Assembly (NCBI GenBank): GCA_041484665.1 | Contig: JBGPIA010000002.1 | Span: forward strand, 256,001-320,000 | DNA length: 64,000 nucleotides | Direction: 5' to 3' | Source: Candidatus Krumholzibacteriia bacterium | Lineage (GTDB): Bacteria > Krumholzibacteriota > Krumholzibacteriia > JAJRXK01 | Shown here: positions 28,178 to 37,113 of the stretch, in pieces | How the letters are laid out: the number at the start of each line of letters is the position of its first letter | How positions within the stretch are numbered: position 1 is the stretch's first letter | Notes under the pieces: model-generated | Seen by the model: the letters and a program-made list of their open reading frames with translations, nothing else | Databases searched by the model: none | Told to the model about the DNA's origin: nothing | Program-made: the position numbers and the translations under genes

Positions 28178-28556
28178 GGAGTGCTCCCTCCAGCACGACC
28201 ACCGCGATCGCCTGGTCCCGCTCGTGGCTGATGGAGACGTGGACCGCGCCACCGCCCAGCGCCCCATGGACGCGTGCCGCGGCGCGGTGGAAGCGGATGG
28301 TCGGGCGCTGGGACTCGCCGCCCACCAACTCGACGTCGCGCCAGGCAATGCCCAGCGCGAGCCCGGTGCCCAGCGCCTTGAGCGCAGCTTCCTTGGCGGC
28401 GAATCGCCCGGCCAGGCACTCGTACATCCGCCGGCTGCGGCAGCGTTGGCGCTCCGCGTCGGTGAAGACGCGGGCGAGGAACCGCTCGCCGTAACGCGTG
28501 GCCAGCTCCTCGATGCGCCGCACGTCGCACAGGTCGACGCCGATCCCGACGATCAC
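28167..28556 (-). CDS. acpS: Holo-[acyl-carrier-protein] synthase
   Basis: IVGIGVD, AGRFAAKEAALKALGTG, VHVSISH. Confidence 0.95.
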   Translation of the reverse strand: MIVGIGVDLCDVRRIEELATRYGERFLARVFTDAERQRCRSRRMYECLAGRFAAKEAALKALGTGLALGIAWRDVELVGGESQRPTIRFHRAAARVHGALGGGAVHVSISHERDQAIAVVVLEGALREP

Positions 28557-28638
28557 GGCGCGCCGCTCCGCCCGCTGGAAGCTTGGCCGCCGGCGATCCG
28601 GCCACGGTCCACCGGGATGCCCGCACTTGGCTCGCGCG

Positions 28639-29568
28639 CTAGAAGATGTAGGAGACGGCGAACCCGATCTGCAGCGCCATCATCATGAGGTACATGTGGG
28701 TCCACGACGGGTGGTTCTCCGTGGTCGCGAGCTCGTCGGGGCGCCTCACCAGCAGCCAGACGGTGTAGATCCCCCACGCCGCCAACAGCAGCCCGAGCAG
28801 GTCCAGCAGCCGGCCGTTGCCGGTCAGGATACCTGCGCGCACGCCGACGGGCAAAAGGACAAATGGAAGCACGAAGAACGGAGCGATCATCCACGCCGCG
28901 CGCTTCACGCCGAAACGCACCGGCAGCGTATAGCAGCCGTTGGCCTCGTCGCCCTTCATGTCGGCGAAGTCCTTGGTCGAGGCTGCCCCCAGCAGGAACA
29001 GGAAGAAAATCGAGCCGATGTACCACGGCTCGACCGCCAGGAAGCTCTTGACCGTGGTCCAGCCCGCCACCTTGAGCATGAGCCCGCGCGGAAGTGCGAT
29101 CGTGAGGTTGGCGCCCAGCGCGTCGCGCTTGGTCCGCAAGGGCGGCGCCGAGTAGGCCCAGGTCAGCACCGCGGCGGTCGCGGCCAGCGCGAAGCACTGC
29201 CAGTTCACCAGCGCGGCCAGCGCGAGCGCGATCGCGTAGAGAGCCGCCGTGACCGCCCGGGCCTGCGCGATGGACATGCGCCCCGAGGGGAGCGCGCGCT
29301 TGGGTTTGTTGATGGCGTCCACCGGCAGGTCGTAGATCTGATTGATGCCGTTGCTGGCCGCATTCAGGACGGCGGCCATCAGCGCCCCCACCAGCACGCG
29401 CAGCGCCATCTCCCAGCCGAACGTGCTGCGGGGGTGGGCGCCGAACGCGGTGATCCCGCCGCTGACCATCCCCAGTGCGGGCGGCCACAGCGTGAACGGC
29501 CGGGAGAACTCCACGTAGAGCCGCAGGCGCTGGAGCGCCCCGAGTACGGGCACGGCGGTGGTGGTCAT
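28639..29568 (-). CDS. UbiA-family prenyltransferase (DGGGP-synthase/chlorophyll-synthase-like)
   Basis: NQIYDLPVDAINKPKRALPSG, YSAPP, KDFADMKGD. Confidence 0.9.
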   Translation of the reverse strand: MTTTAVPVLGALQRLRLYVEFSRPFTLWPPALGMVSGGITAFGAHPRSTFGWEMALRVLVGALMAAVLNAASNGINQIYDLPVDAINKPKRALPSGRMSIAQARAVTAALYAIALALAALVNWQCFALAATAAVLTWAYSAPPLRTKRDALGANLTIALPRGLMLKVAGWTTVKSFLAVEPWYIGSIFFLFLLGAASTKDFADMKGDEANGCYTLPVRFGVKRAAWMIAPFFVLPFVLLPVGVRAGILTGNGRLLDLLGLLLAAWGIYTVWLLVRRPDELATTENHPSWTHMYLMMMALQIGFAVSYIF

Positions 29569-29634
29569 GTGGCGTCCTGGTGCGCTGGCGAGCGCGGCGG
29601 GCGGGGCCCTACCCCGCCAGCGGCGCTCCGCGCG

Positions 29635-30321
29635 TCAGTAGGCTCCCTTGCGCGCGATCACCGCAGGCACGGTACGCATGAGGATCCAGAAGTCCAGCTT
29701 CAAGCTGCGCCGGCGCACGTACTCGCCGTCCAGGCGCATCCACTCCCCGAAGTCCACGTCGTTGCGGCCGCTGATCTGCCACAGGCAGGTGATCCCGGGC
29801 TTCACCAGCAGCCGCACGCGGTCTTGTGCCGAGTAGCGCGCGACCTCGTCGGGCACCTGGGGACGGGGGCCAACCAGGGACATCTCGCCGCGCAGCACGT
29901 TGATGAGCTGAGGGAACTCGTCCAGCGAGCTGCGACGGACGAAGCGGCCCACGCGCGTGACGCGCGGGTCCTCGCGGATCTTGAAGGCGGCCCCATCGGC
30001 CTCGTTGAGGTGACTGAGGCTCGCGCGCAGCTGCTCGGCGTTGCGGATCATGGAGCGGATCTTGTAGCAGCGGAAGACGCGGCCGTAACGTCCTGCGCGC
30101 TCCTGGCCGAACAGGAAGGGCCCATCGCTCTCGAGCCTCACCAGCAGGAACAAGAACGGCACCAGCGGCAGGAACAGCAGCAGCGCAAAGGAGGCCGCGG
30201 CGGCGTCCACGACCCGCTTCACCGGCTCGTACAGAAAGTGGTTGCCGACGGGAACGGCGGGCTCCTCCACTGCGCTCCCCAGGTTCGTGGCCTGAGCGTG
30301 CCGCTGCGTCAAGATGGACAT
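29635..30321 (-). CDS. Priming polyprenyl-phosphate sugar phosphotransferase (Bac_transf)
   Basis: KRVVD, DPRVTRVGRFVRRSSLDEFPQ, MSLVGPRP, KPGIT. Confidence 0.95.
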   Translation of the reverse strand: MSILTQRHAQATNLGSAVEEPAVPVGNHFLYEPVKRVVDAAAASFALLLFLPLVPFLFLLVRLESDGPFLFGQERAGRYGRVFRCYKIRSMIRNAEQLRASLSHLNEADGAAFKIREDPRVTRVGRFVRRSSLDEFPQLINVLRGEMSLVGPRPQVPDEVARYSAQDRVRLLVKPGITCLWQISGRNDVDFGEWMRLDGEYVRRRSLKLDFWILMRTVPAVIARKGAY

Positions 30322-30368
30322 CGATGTGGGCTCCGCAGGTGCGCGCGCGGACGGGAGGGCTTGCATTC

Positions 30369-30397
30369 AGCGTACCATTGCGCCTGGCGGCGGTCAA
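30369..30397 (-). promoter_or_regulatory. Sigma-70 promoter for the sugar transferase-ubiA operon
   Basis: TTGACC-N17-TACGCT with TGn extended -10. Confidence 0.6.
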
Positions 30398-30467
30398 CGC
30401 GGCCCGGCCGGGCGGACCGGTGAGATTGTGCAGCTGGCGCAACCGGGTGGGCGGCCCCGCGCCTCCC

Positions 30468-32018
30468 TCACCCCTGCGGCCGGCGGTCGTAGAGCAGGAC
30501 CTCCACGCCGGGCAGTCGAAACACGCCTACCCGTGGGAAGCGGCGGTCCAGCGTGGCGCGCAGCTCCCCGTGCGGGTCGTCCACCCACGCGCGCGCCCGC
30601 ACGTACCACAGGTACCGTTTCTCAGCGGTGCGGTCCTCCACGACGTCGGCCACGCTGGGAGGGCTGGGCCAGCCGGCGGGCAGATAGACGCGTACCGGGC
30701 TGCTGCCGCGGTAGTAATAGAGAAAGACGTGCCCGATCGTGGGGGCGAGCACCAGGTCCTCCCGACCTTCGCGCGCCTCCACCAGCCGCGCGGCAGCGCG
30801 CACGTCCTCGCGCTGGTAGTCGGGGACGAAGTAGTAGCGCGCCAGCGCTACGCCGCTCACCGCCAGCCATCCCACCATCAGCAGCAGCGCGCTGCGGCGT
30901 GGCAGCCGCTGGAACCCCGCCCCCATCACCAACAGCAGCGTGGGCAACGCTGCGATGGTGTAGCGCGGGTTGAACGGCTTGATGTTGCGCAGCGCCAGCA
31001 GCAACGCGATCGCCACGGGCACGGCCGCCCACAAGAGCGGCTCGACGGCGCGCCGTCGCAGCGCGCTCAGCCCCGCGACCGCCAGCGTGGCGGCCAGAGC
31101 AGACACGGCAAGCACGAGCGGCAGGTGGCGGCGTGGTAGTGACAGGCCCGCGGCCGGATCGCGGCCGGCGGCCTCCTGCAGCTCGCGGGGCGACGGCCCC
31201 AGCGTCGTGCCCACAGCCAGCACGTACCCCGCGTAGGGGATCGCCCACGCCGTCATGGTCGTCTTGCCGCGCAGCGGCTCCCCCGTCTCCTGCCCCGGCA
31301 GCAGGCGCTTGCTCTCGTGGATGCGCAGGCTGGCGCTCCACCACGGCAGCGTGATGGCCAGGAGCAGCGTGAACGCCAGGGTCCAGCGGACCGCATCGCG
31401 CCGACGGATGCGCCCGGCCGCGAGCAGCCCCAGGGCGAATCCGCCCATCCAGAACAGCCCCTGCAGGTTGCAGAGCGCCGCCGCGCTGCCCAGGAGCGCG
31501 AAGGCCACGGCGCGGCCGCGCGCCAGGCGCTCGCCCGCCGACAGAGCCACCACGATGGCGGCAAGCCCGAAGAACAGCAGGTAGGCGTAGCCGCGAACCT
31601 CCTGCGCGTGCCAGATGTGGAAGGGGTGGATGGCTAGCAGCAGCGCCGCGAACAGGCCGGTGCGCGCGCCGTGCAGCCGGCGGCCGACCTCGTACAGCAG
31701 GGGCACTGAGAAGGCCCCCAGCACCGCGCCGGGCAGGCGCAGCCAGGCCTCCGCCGGCGAGCTGCGCCGCAGCCACGCCACCAGCACCATGGGCAGCGGA
31801 CTCTGTACGTCATCGAGGAACTGCTCCCACAGCGAGTGCCCCGGCTGATTGCCCTGGTTGATCGTGAGCAGCTCGTCGACCCACAGGCTCTGCGCACCGA
31901 TCCGGTACAGGCGCAGGATCAGCGCCAGCAGCGTCAGCAACATGACCGCCAGCGCCACGGACTCGCGGGGCAGCGCGCGGCGGGCTGATTCGAACCGGTC
32001 GTGCTCGGGCGCCGTCAT
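30468..32018 (-). CDS. GT39/PMT-like GT-C glycosyltransferase
   Basis: SLWVDE, WLRLPG, HAQEVRGY, PRY; multi-TM. Confidence 0.85.
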   Translation of the reverse strand: MTAPEHDRFESARRALPRESVALAVMLLTLLALILRLYRIGAQSLWVDELLTINQGNQPGHSLWEQFLDDVQSPLPMVLVAWLRRSSPAEAWLRLPGAVLGAFSVPLLYEVGRRLHGARTGLFAALLLAIHPFHIWHAQEVRGYAYLLFFGLAAIVVALSAGERLARGRAVAFALLGSAAALCNLQGLFWMGGFALGLLAAGRIRRRDAVRWTLAFTLLLAITLPWWSASLRIHESKRLLPGQETGEPLRGKTTMTAWAIPYAGYVLAVGTTLGPSPRELQEAAGRDPAAGLSLPRRHLPLVLAVSALAATLAVAGLSALRRRAVEPLLWAAVPVAIALLLALRNIKPFNPRYTIAALPTLLLVMGAGFQRLPRRSALLLMVGWLAVSGVALARYYFVPDYQREDVRAAARLVEAREGREDLVLAPTIGHVFLYYYRGSSPVRVYLPAGWPSPPSVADVVEDRTAEKRYLWYVRARAWVDDPHGELRATLDRRFPRVGVFRLPGVEVLLYDRRPQG

Positions 32019-32812
32019 GCAGCATCTCCTGGGGATGGCGGTATCGCGGCCACCGCCTGTGCGAGGTGCTCTGCATCCAGCGTACCCACGATCAGCGCGT
32101 CGATGAAGGGATTGTTGAGCACGAACGCGACGGCTGCGGCAGCCTCCTTCGCCGGGTCCGTGCCCGCGGCCAGGTGACCGCTGCCCAGCCCCTTGATGGC
32201 CAGGACACCCAGCCCCGCCGCGTGCGCGGCCGCCAGCGCCTCGCCCAGCGCGCGATCGGCGCGATGGAACGGGGCCATCACCACGTCCAGAGCGTCGCAG
32301 GCCTGCCGGATGCCGGCGTCCGTCTTGGCCGAGATCCCCACGGCGCGCGCCAGCCCGGACTGCTTTAGGCGCCGCAGCCCCTCCATGGCATCGGTCTGCG
32401 TGAGGATCTCCAGGTCCCGCCCGTCGGAGTGGAGCAACAGCAGGTCGACGGCGTCCACGCCCAGATCCCGCAGGCTCGCCTGCGCGGACGCGACGATCGC
32501 CTGGGCGGAGAAATCGAATCTCGATCGCCCTGCCTCGTAACGCTCACCGGCCTTGGTGCCCAGCACCAGCGCGTCGCGGTGCCGCTGCACGAAGCCGCGC
32601 AGGCGCCGCTCGCTGCTGCCGTAGGCGGGCGCCGTGTCGATGAGGTTGACGCCCAGCGCCAGCGCGGCGGTGAGCAGCGCCTCCACCTGCGGATCGGATG
32701 GCAGCTCGAAGGACGCCGGGTACCGCACGCCGGTGTTGCGCCCCAGCTTGACCGTGCCCAGCCCGATGCGCGAAACGCGCAGCCCGGTGCGGCCTAGCGG
32801 ACGTCGCTCCAC
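32015..32812 (-). CDS. Aldo/keto reductase
   Basis: GTG 32812 with GGAGGAGG SD; RRPLGRTGLRVSRIGLGTVKLGR, DTAPAYG, GTKAGE, LLLH. Confidence 0.9.
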   Translation of the reverse strand: MERRPLGRTGLRVSRIGLGTVKLGRNTGVRYPASFELPSDPQVEALLTAALALGVNLIDTAPAYGSSERRLRGFVQRHRDALVLGTKAGERYEAGRSRFDFSAQAIVASAQASLRDLGVDAVDLLLLHSDGRDLEILTQTDAMEGLRRLKQSGLARAVGISAKTDAGIRQACDALDVVMAPFHRADRALGEALAAAHAAGLGVLAIKGLGSGHLAAGTDPAKEAAAAVAFVLNNPFIDALIVGTLDAEHLAQAVAAIPPSPGDAA

Positions 32813-34140
32813 GTGGCCTCCTCCCAGGGCGGACGCGCGATCGGCGGGCTCGGCCAGGCCGACCAGGCCGGCGTGGTCGCGCACGCCATCGCCTCGAGCG
32901 CGGTCGCCGCAGCCGTGGGCCGTCCCGACGCCGAGGACGCCAGGGGCGTGGCGGGCGAGCGCGCGGCGGTTGCGCCGAGCGCGCGGTCCACTTCGCCGAG
33001 AACCTCCTCGGCCAACAGTGGCGCGAGCGCCAGCTTGGTAGGCCACGCCACCACCGCGTTGGGCCCCACGCGCTCCACGTGAACTCCGCTGGGGCGGCGC
33101 CCACGCGCATCGCGTGCTTCGGCGCGCGTCGCTGCGTAAGTGGCGATGCGCAGGCCGCGCTGGTCGAGCGCGGGCAGCCAGCGCCGCAGCTCGGCCAGGG
33201 CGTCGCGCTGCACCAGAGAGTGGTCCTGGCTGTACGCGTGGCGCTCGGCGAGCTCGCCGCCCACCTGCCAGACGGTCTCGCCTTGGTAGTCGACGGCCGT
33301 CACGGTCAAGCGCGTCTTTCCCCCGACGACGCAGTGCGCATACAGCGGCGGCAGGGCGCCTCGCAGCAGGACCATGCACAGCGGGCGGCGCTGCATGCGC
33401 CCGGGATCCTCGCCGGCGCGCGCCAGCAGATCCGCGTTGCCCGCCCCCGCCGCCAGCACCACCGCGCGCGGCCGCAATTCGGTTGGCGGCGCCCCCGGAT
33501 GGGAGCGCGCGCGCACGGCGAGCCACGGCGGGCCGCCGCCGCCCCCGGTGCGCTCCGCGCGGACCACGTCCACCCAGGCGGCGCCGGGACCGCAGGCATA
33601 GGAGCGGATGCGATCGCGGTGGGGCTCGGCCAGCGCGGCGAGCAACGAACTGGTGTCGACCACCGGCTCGGCCATGCGGTACACCGCCGCGGCGGATCCA
33701 GGCAGCGGAGCCGGCCACTGCGGCCGCGGAACCCGGCGCGGCCGCGTGGCCAACAGCCCGGCGCGCGCAACCACCGGCATGATCCCCAGAGCCTGCACCC
33801 GCGCGACCAGCGAGCGGCGCGGCAGCCACAGCAGGCAGTCCTGCGAGAGGAGCTTCGCCGCCGAGAGATCGGGGGCTTCCCGCCCCTGCAAGTGCCGCCT
33901 CCAGCGCTCGGGCATCTCGCGGATGGCCGCCACCGCCGAGAAGTCGCGGACGCCGCGCAGCGCGTACTTGCCGCCGCCATGGATGATGCCCTGCGACTGG
34001 ATCGTCTGGCCGTGGCCCAGGCCTTGCGCCTCCAGCAGCAGCGCCGTCAGGCCGGCGCGATGCAGGCGATCGAGAATCCACAGGCCCGCCACACCACCAC
34101 CGAGGATCAGCACGTCGAGCCGCGGCTCAGCAGGCTCCAC
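32794..34140 (-). CDS. FAD-dependent oxidoreductase (DAO-like)
   Basis: DVLILGGGVAG, GQTIQSQGIIHGGGKY, WPTKLALAP. Confidence 0.85.
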   Translation of the reverse strand: MEPAEPRLDVLILGGGVAGLWILDRLHRAGLTALLLEAQGLGHGQTIQSQGIIHGGGKYALRGVRDFSAVAAIREMPERWRRHLQGREAPDLSAAKLLSQDCLLWLPRRSLVARVQALGIMPVVARAGLLATRPRRVPRPQWPAPLPGSAAAVYRMAEPVVDTSSLLAALAEPHRDRIRSYACGPGAAWVDVVRAERTGGGGGPPWLAVRARSHPGAPPTELRPRAVVLAAGAGNADLLARAGEDPGRMQRRPLCMVLLRGALPPLYAHCVVGGKTRLTVTAVDYQGETVWQVGGELAERHAYSQDHSLVQRDALAELRRWLPALDQRGLRIATYAATRAEARDARGRRPSGVHVERVGPNAVVAWPTKLALAPLLAEEVLGEVDRALGATAARSPATPLASSASGRPTAAATALEAMACATTPAWSAWPSPPIARPPWEEATWSDVR

Positions 34141-34179
34141 CGTCGTCTCCCGTCGCCGCCGTCCCCAGGCTTGGGAACG

Positions 34180-35085
34180 CTACGGCGTCTCGTTGGCGGG
34201 CGGAGTATAGGCGGTCAGCTCCGCCTCGATCGCTCCGACGGGCACGCGTGCGCGCAGCTTGATGGGCACGCGCCGCGCATCGTCGGTGAACCACACGAAG
34301 AGATCCCCCTCGTGCTTGAACAGCCCGTCGTCCGCGATCACGGGTTGCACCACCAGGCAGGTGACCGGTCCCAGGACCGAGTCCACGATCTCGCGGCTGT
34401 GGATCTTGATCTTGAGCGGGTAGAGCGCGGTGTCCCCGTGGGTGGGCAGGTCGAACTCCATCCCGGGCTGCAGCACCATGGCGCGCACCTTGAAGAAGGC
34501 GGATAGAATGTCCTGCACCCCGGGCGGGGTGTCCACCTCCTTGCCGTCGGGAAAGTAGGCGCGATGGAGCCGCTGGTTGAAGTGGATCTCGATGTCGCGG
34601 CGGAAATCGCCCTCCCGCTGGTGCTTGCCGTAGTAGCGCGTGTGCAGTGAGTCGACGTCCATGAAGCTGTCGGCCTGGTCGCGCACCTTGAAGAAGGCGT
34701 CGAAGAAGCGCAGGCTGCGCGCGCGGGTACGCAGATGGTAGACCGTGGAGCCGTCGTACTCCAGCCGATCGAGCACTTCGATCGTGGACTCGCCCGCCGT
34801 CACCGGCCCGTACTGGATCTTGAACGAGCACACCTCGCCCGGGCCGAAGGGCACCGTAGCGGCGGCGCGCGGCGCGCCGGCGGCCAGGCAGAGCAGCGCC
34901 GCTGCCGCCACGCTCGGCAAGAGCCCGCAGCGCGCAGGGCGACCCAGGCTCTGCGGCCGCTGCGCGGTGGCGCCTCTGGCCCTCGCGCCGCGCGTGACCC
35001 ACGCGGGGGCGTGGAGCGTCCTGAAGAAAGGCCAGCGGGAGGTCCAAGTTGCACCTGAGATAAGTGATCTAAACATTTGCAACAT
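34180..35085 (-). CDS. DUF3108 domain exported protein; true start probably downstream of 35085
   Basis: PFGPGE, FFKVRD, QDILS, WFTDDARRVPIK; signal-peptide-like segment near 34911. Confidence 0.75.
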   Translation of the reverse strand: MLQMFRSLISGATWTSRWPFFRTLHAPAWVTRGARARGATAQRPQSLGRPARCGLLPSVAAAALLCLAAGAPRAAATVPFGPGEVCSFKIQYGPVTAGESTIEVLDRLEYDGSTVYHLRTRARSLRFFDAFFKVRDQADSFMDVDSLHTRYYGKHQREGDFRRDIEIHFNQRLHRAYFPDGKEVDTPPGVQDILSAFFKVRAMVLQPGMEFDLPTHGDTALYPLKIKIHSREIVDSVLGPVTCLVVQPVIADDGLFKHEGDLFVWFTDDARRVPIKLRARVPVGAIEAELTAYTPPANETP

Positions 35086-35194
35086 ATTCGTTTACGTTCG
35101 AAACGACCTCCGGTCACCCCGGGACGGGCCCGCTGGAGCAACTCTTCGCAAGAAGCATGCAAGCCGCCCGGCCCGCCAGGTCGGCCGCGCCGGC

Positions 35195-36022
35195 TCAGAG
35201 CCGCAACGGCGGTCCCTTGACCGTCTCGACGCGCAACGCGCCCTGCGCGCTCCCCTGCGGGCCGACGGCGCGCACCTCGATCTCGCCCAGGCGCAACTTC
35301 GCCAGTCGCAGGAACACACCGATTCCGCTGAGCCCACACAGCACCAGCCCGTGCACCCCATCGCGCGCGCCCAGCTGCAGCACGTACTGGCGCAGGAATC
35401 GCGCCGACGGCGCCAGCGACAGTCGCCACGGCCGCGCGCTGCGCCCCGCGGCCGCGGCGTCCGCCGCTCCGCGCGTGGAGTACGACAGCAGGCGCTCGAA
35501 CGTGCTGTCCCAATCCGCGTAGCTGAGATGCTCCAGTCGGCCGCGGCACGTGCCGGCTCGGCTGCCCGGCCTCAGGCAGACCTCCTCGTGCACGGCCCGC
35601 TCGTCGTAAGCGCCGCGCTCGCGTAGAAAAAAGCGCAGGACGCGGTCGCGCCCCCAGCCCGCCCCGTGGACCACGCGCCCGAAGAACACGTTGCGGCGGC
35701 GGATCCAGTAGCCGTGGCGCGCACAAGCCTTGGCGAGGCGCACGAGCTCCTCCGCCAGCGCCTGCGGAACCCGCTCGTCGGCATCGACCACCAGCGCCCA
35801 CGGTGTCGTGAGCTGCCCCAGCCCCCAATTCTTCTGCTCGCCATAGGCGACGAACGTGCGGCGGTAGACGCGGTCGGCCAGCGGCAGTGCGCGCTCCACC
35901 GTCGCGTCGGTGCTGAAGCTGTCCACCAGCACGCGCTCGTCGCAGAACGCCAGCGAGCGCAGGCAGTCGACGATGGCCTCCTGCTCGTTGCGCGCGATCA
36001 CCAACGCCCCGATGCCGTTCAC
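35195..36022 (-). CDS. GT2 glycosyltransferase, LPS core (WaaE/KdtX-like)
   Basis: IARNE, VDSFSTDAT, QKNW, VDADER, VHE. Confidence 0.9.
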   Translation of the reverse strand: MNGIGALVIARNEQEAIVDCLRSLAFCDERVLVDSFSTDATVERALPLADRVYRRTFVAYGEQKNWGLGQLTTPWALVVDADERVPQALAEELVRLAKACARHGYWIRRRNVFFGRVVHGAGWGRDRVLRFFLRERGAYDERAVHEEVCLRPGSRAGTCRGRLEHLSYADWDSTFERLLSYSTRGAADAAAAGRSARPWRLSLAPSARFLRQYVLQLGARDGVHGLVLCGLSGIGVFLRLAKLRLGEIEVRAVGPQGSAQGALRVETVKGPPLRL

Positions 36023-37113
36023 GGCGCGCCCGCCTGCCCGGCGTCGCGCGATGCGCGTGCACCCGGCCCAGCCGCCACGCGCGCCAGCAGCGCGGCGCAG
36101 GCCTGCAACACGTCACGCGGGCTGAGGGCGTCCAGGCACGGGTGCCCCGGAACCGGACATACGGTGCGGTTGCAGGGGCGACACGCAACGTCGTGGGTGG
36201 TCCAGGCGTGCTGCTCCCCGGGCGGCTGCCAGCCGCGTGGATCGGTGCTGCCGTACAGCGTGAGCGTAGGGACCTCCTCCGCCACGGCGATGTGCTTGGG
36301 TCCGCTGTCGGTCGTCACCACCAGGTCGGCGAGCGCCAGATGCGCAGCCAGTTCCGGAATGTCGCAGGCCGGCAGCGCCTGCGCCGCCCCGTCCGCCAGT
36401 TGGACGATGGCATCGCGGGCGCTCTCCTCGCCCGGTCCCCAGGCCACGACCACCTGCGCGTCGAGCTCCCCACGCAGCAACTGCGCGAGCACCGCGAAGC
36501 TCGGTAGCGGCCAGGCCTTGGCCGCCCAGGTGGCGCTGGGATTGAGCACGACGCGCGGGCCTGCTCGCTCCGGCAGCCCTGCGGCGAAGGCGCGTGCGGC
36601 GAGATCGGCGGCGGCAGGACGCGGCAGCGCCACCGGCCGCCACGGGCCGGGATCGAGGCCCAGCGCGCGCACCCAGTCCAGGAAGACCTCGCCCGCGAAG
36701 CGCGGCGGCCCCGGCGTGGGCGACACCACGTGGGTGTAGGCCCAGGTGCGCAGGCGACGCCGGCGACCCACGCGCACGGCGGCGGAGGTGGCCCGCGTCC
36801 ACGCCGCGGTCTGGGGCGTGCCCATCAGATCGAGGACCATGTCGTAGCGCCCGGCGCGCAGCCGGCGCAGCCAGCGCAGCGCCGCCGCGGTGCGCGCCCA
36901 CGGCGGGCCGCTGGCGGCGGCACGGCGGTCGTACACCAGCACCGCATCGAGGTGGGGGCTGCCCTGCACCGCCGGCGCGGCGAAGCGGTCCACCACCAGC
37001 TCGATGCGCGCGTGCGGCCAAGCACGTCGCAGCGCGGCCGGGACCGCCATCGAGACGATCACGTCGCCCAGCGCCTTGCGCCGCAGGATCAGGATGCGCT
37101 GGCCCTCAGTCAT
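36019..37113 (-). CDS. GT9 heptosyltransferase family
   Basis: ALGDV, AKAWP, TTDSGPKHIA, CRPC...CPVPGHPC. Confidence 0.9.
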   Translation of the reverse strand: MTEGQRILILRRKALGDVIVSMAVPAALRRAWPHARIELVVDRFAAPAVQGSPHLDAVLVYDRRAAASGPPWARTAAALRWLRRLRAGRYDMVLDLMGTPQTAAWTRATSAAVRVGRRRRLRTWAYTHVVSPTPGPPRFAGEVFLDWVRALGLDPGPWRPVALPRPAAADLAARAFAAGLPERAGPRVVLNPSATWAAKAWPLPSFAVLAQLLRGELDAQVVVAWGPGEESARDAIVQLADGAAQALPACDIPELAAHLALADLVVTTDSGPKHIAVAEEVPTLTLYGSTDPRGWQPPGEQHAWTTHDVACRPCNRTVCPVPGHPCLDALSPRDVLQACAALLARVAAGPGARASRDAGQAGAP

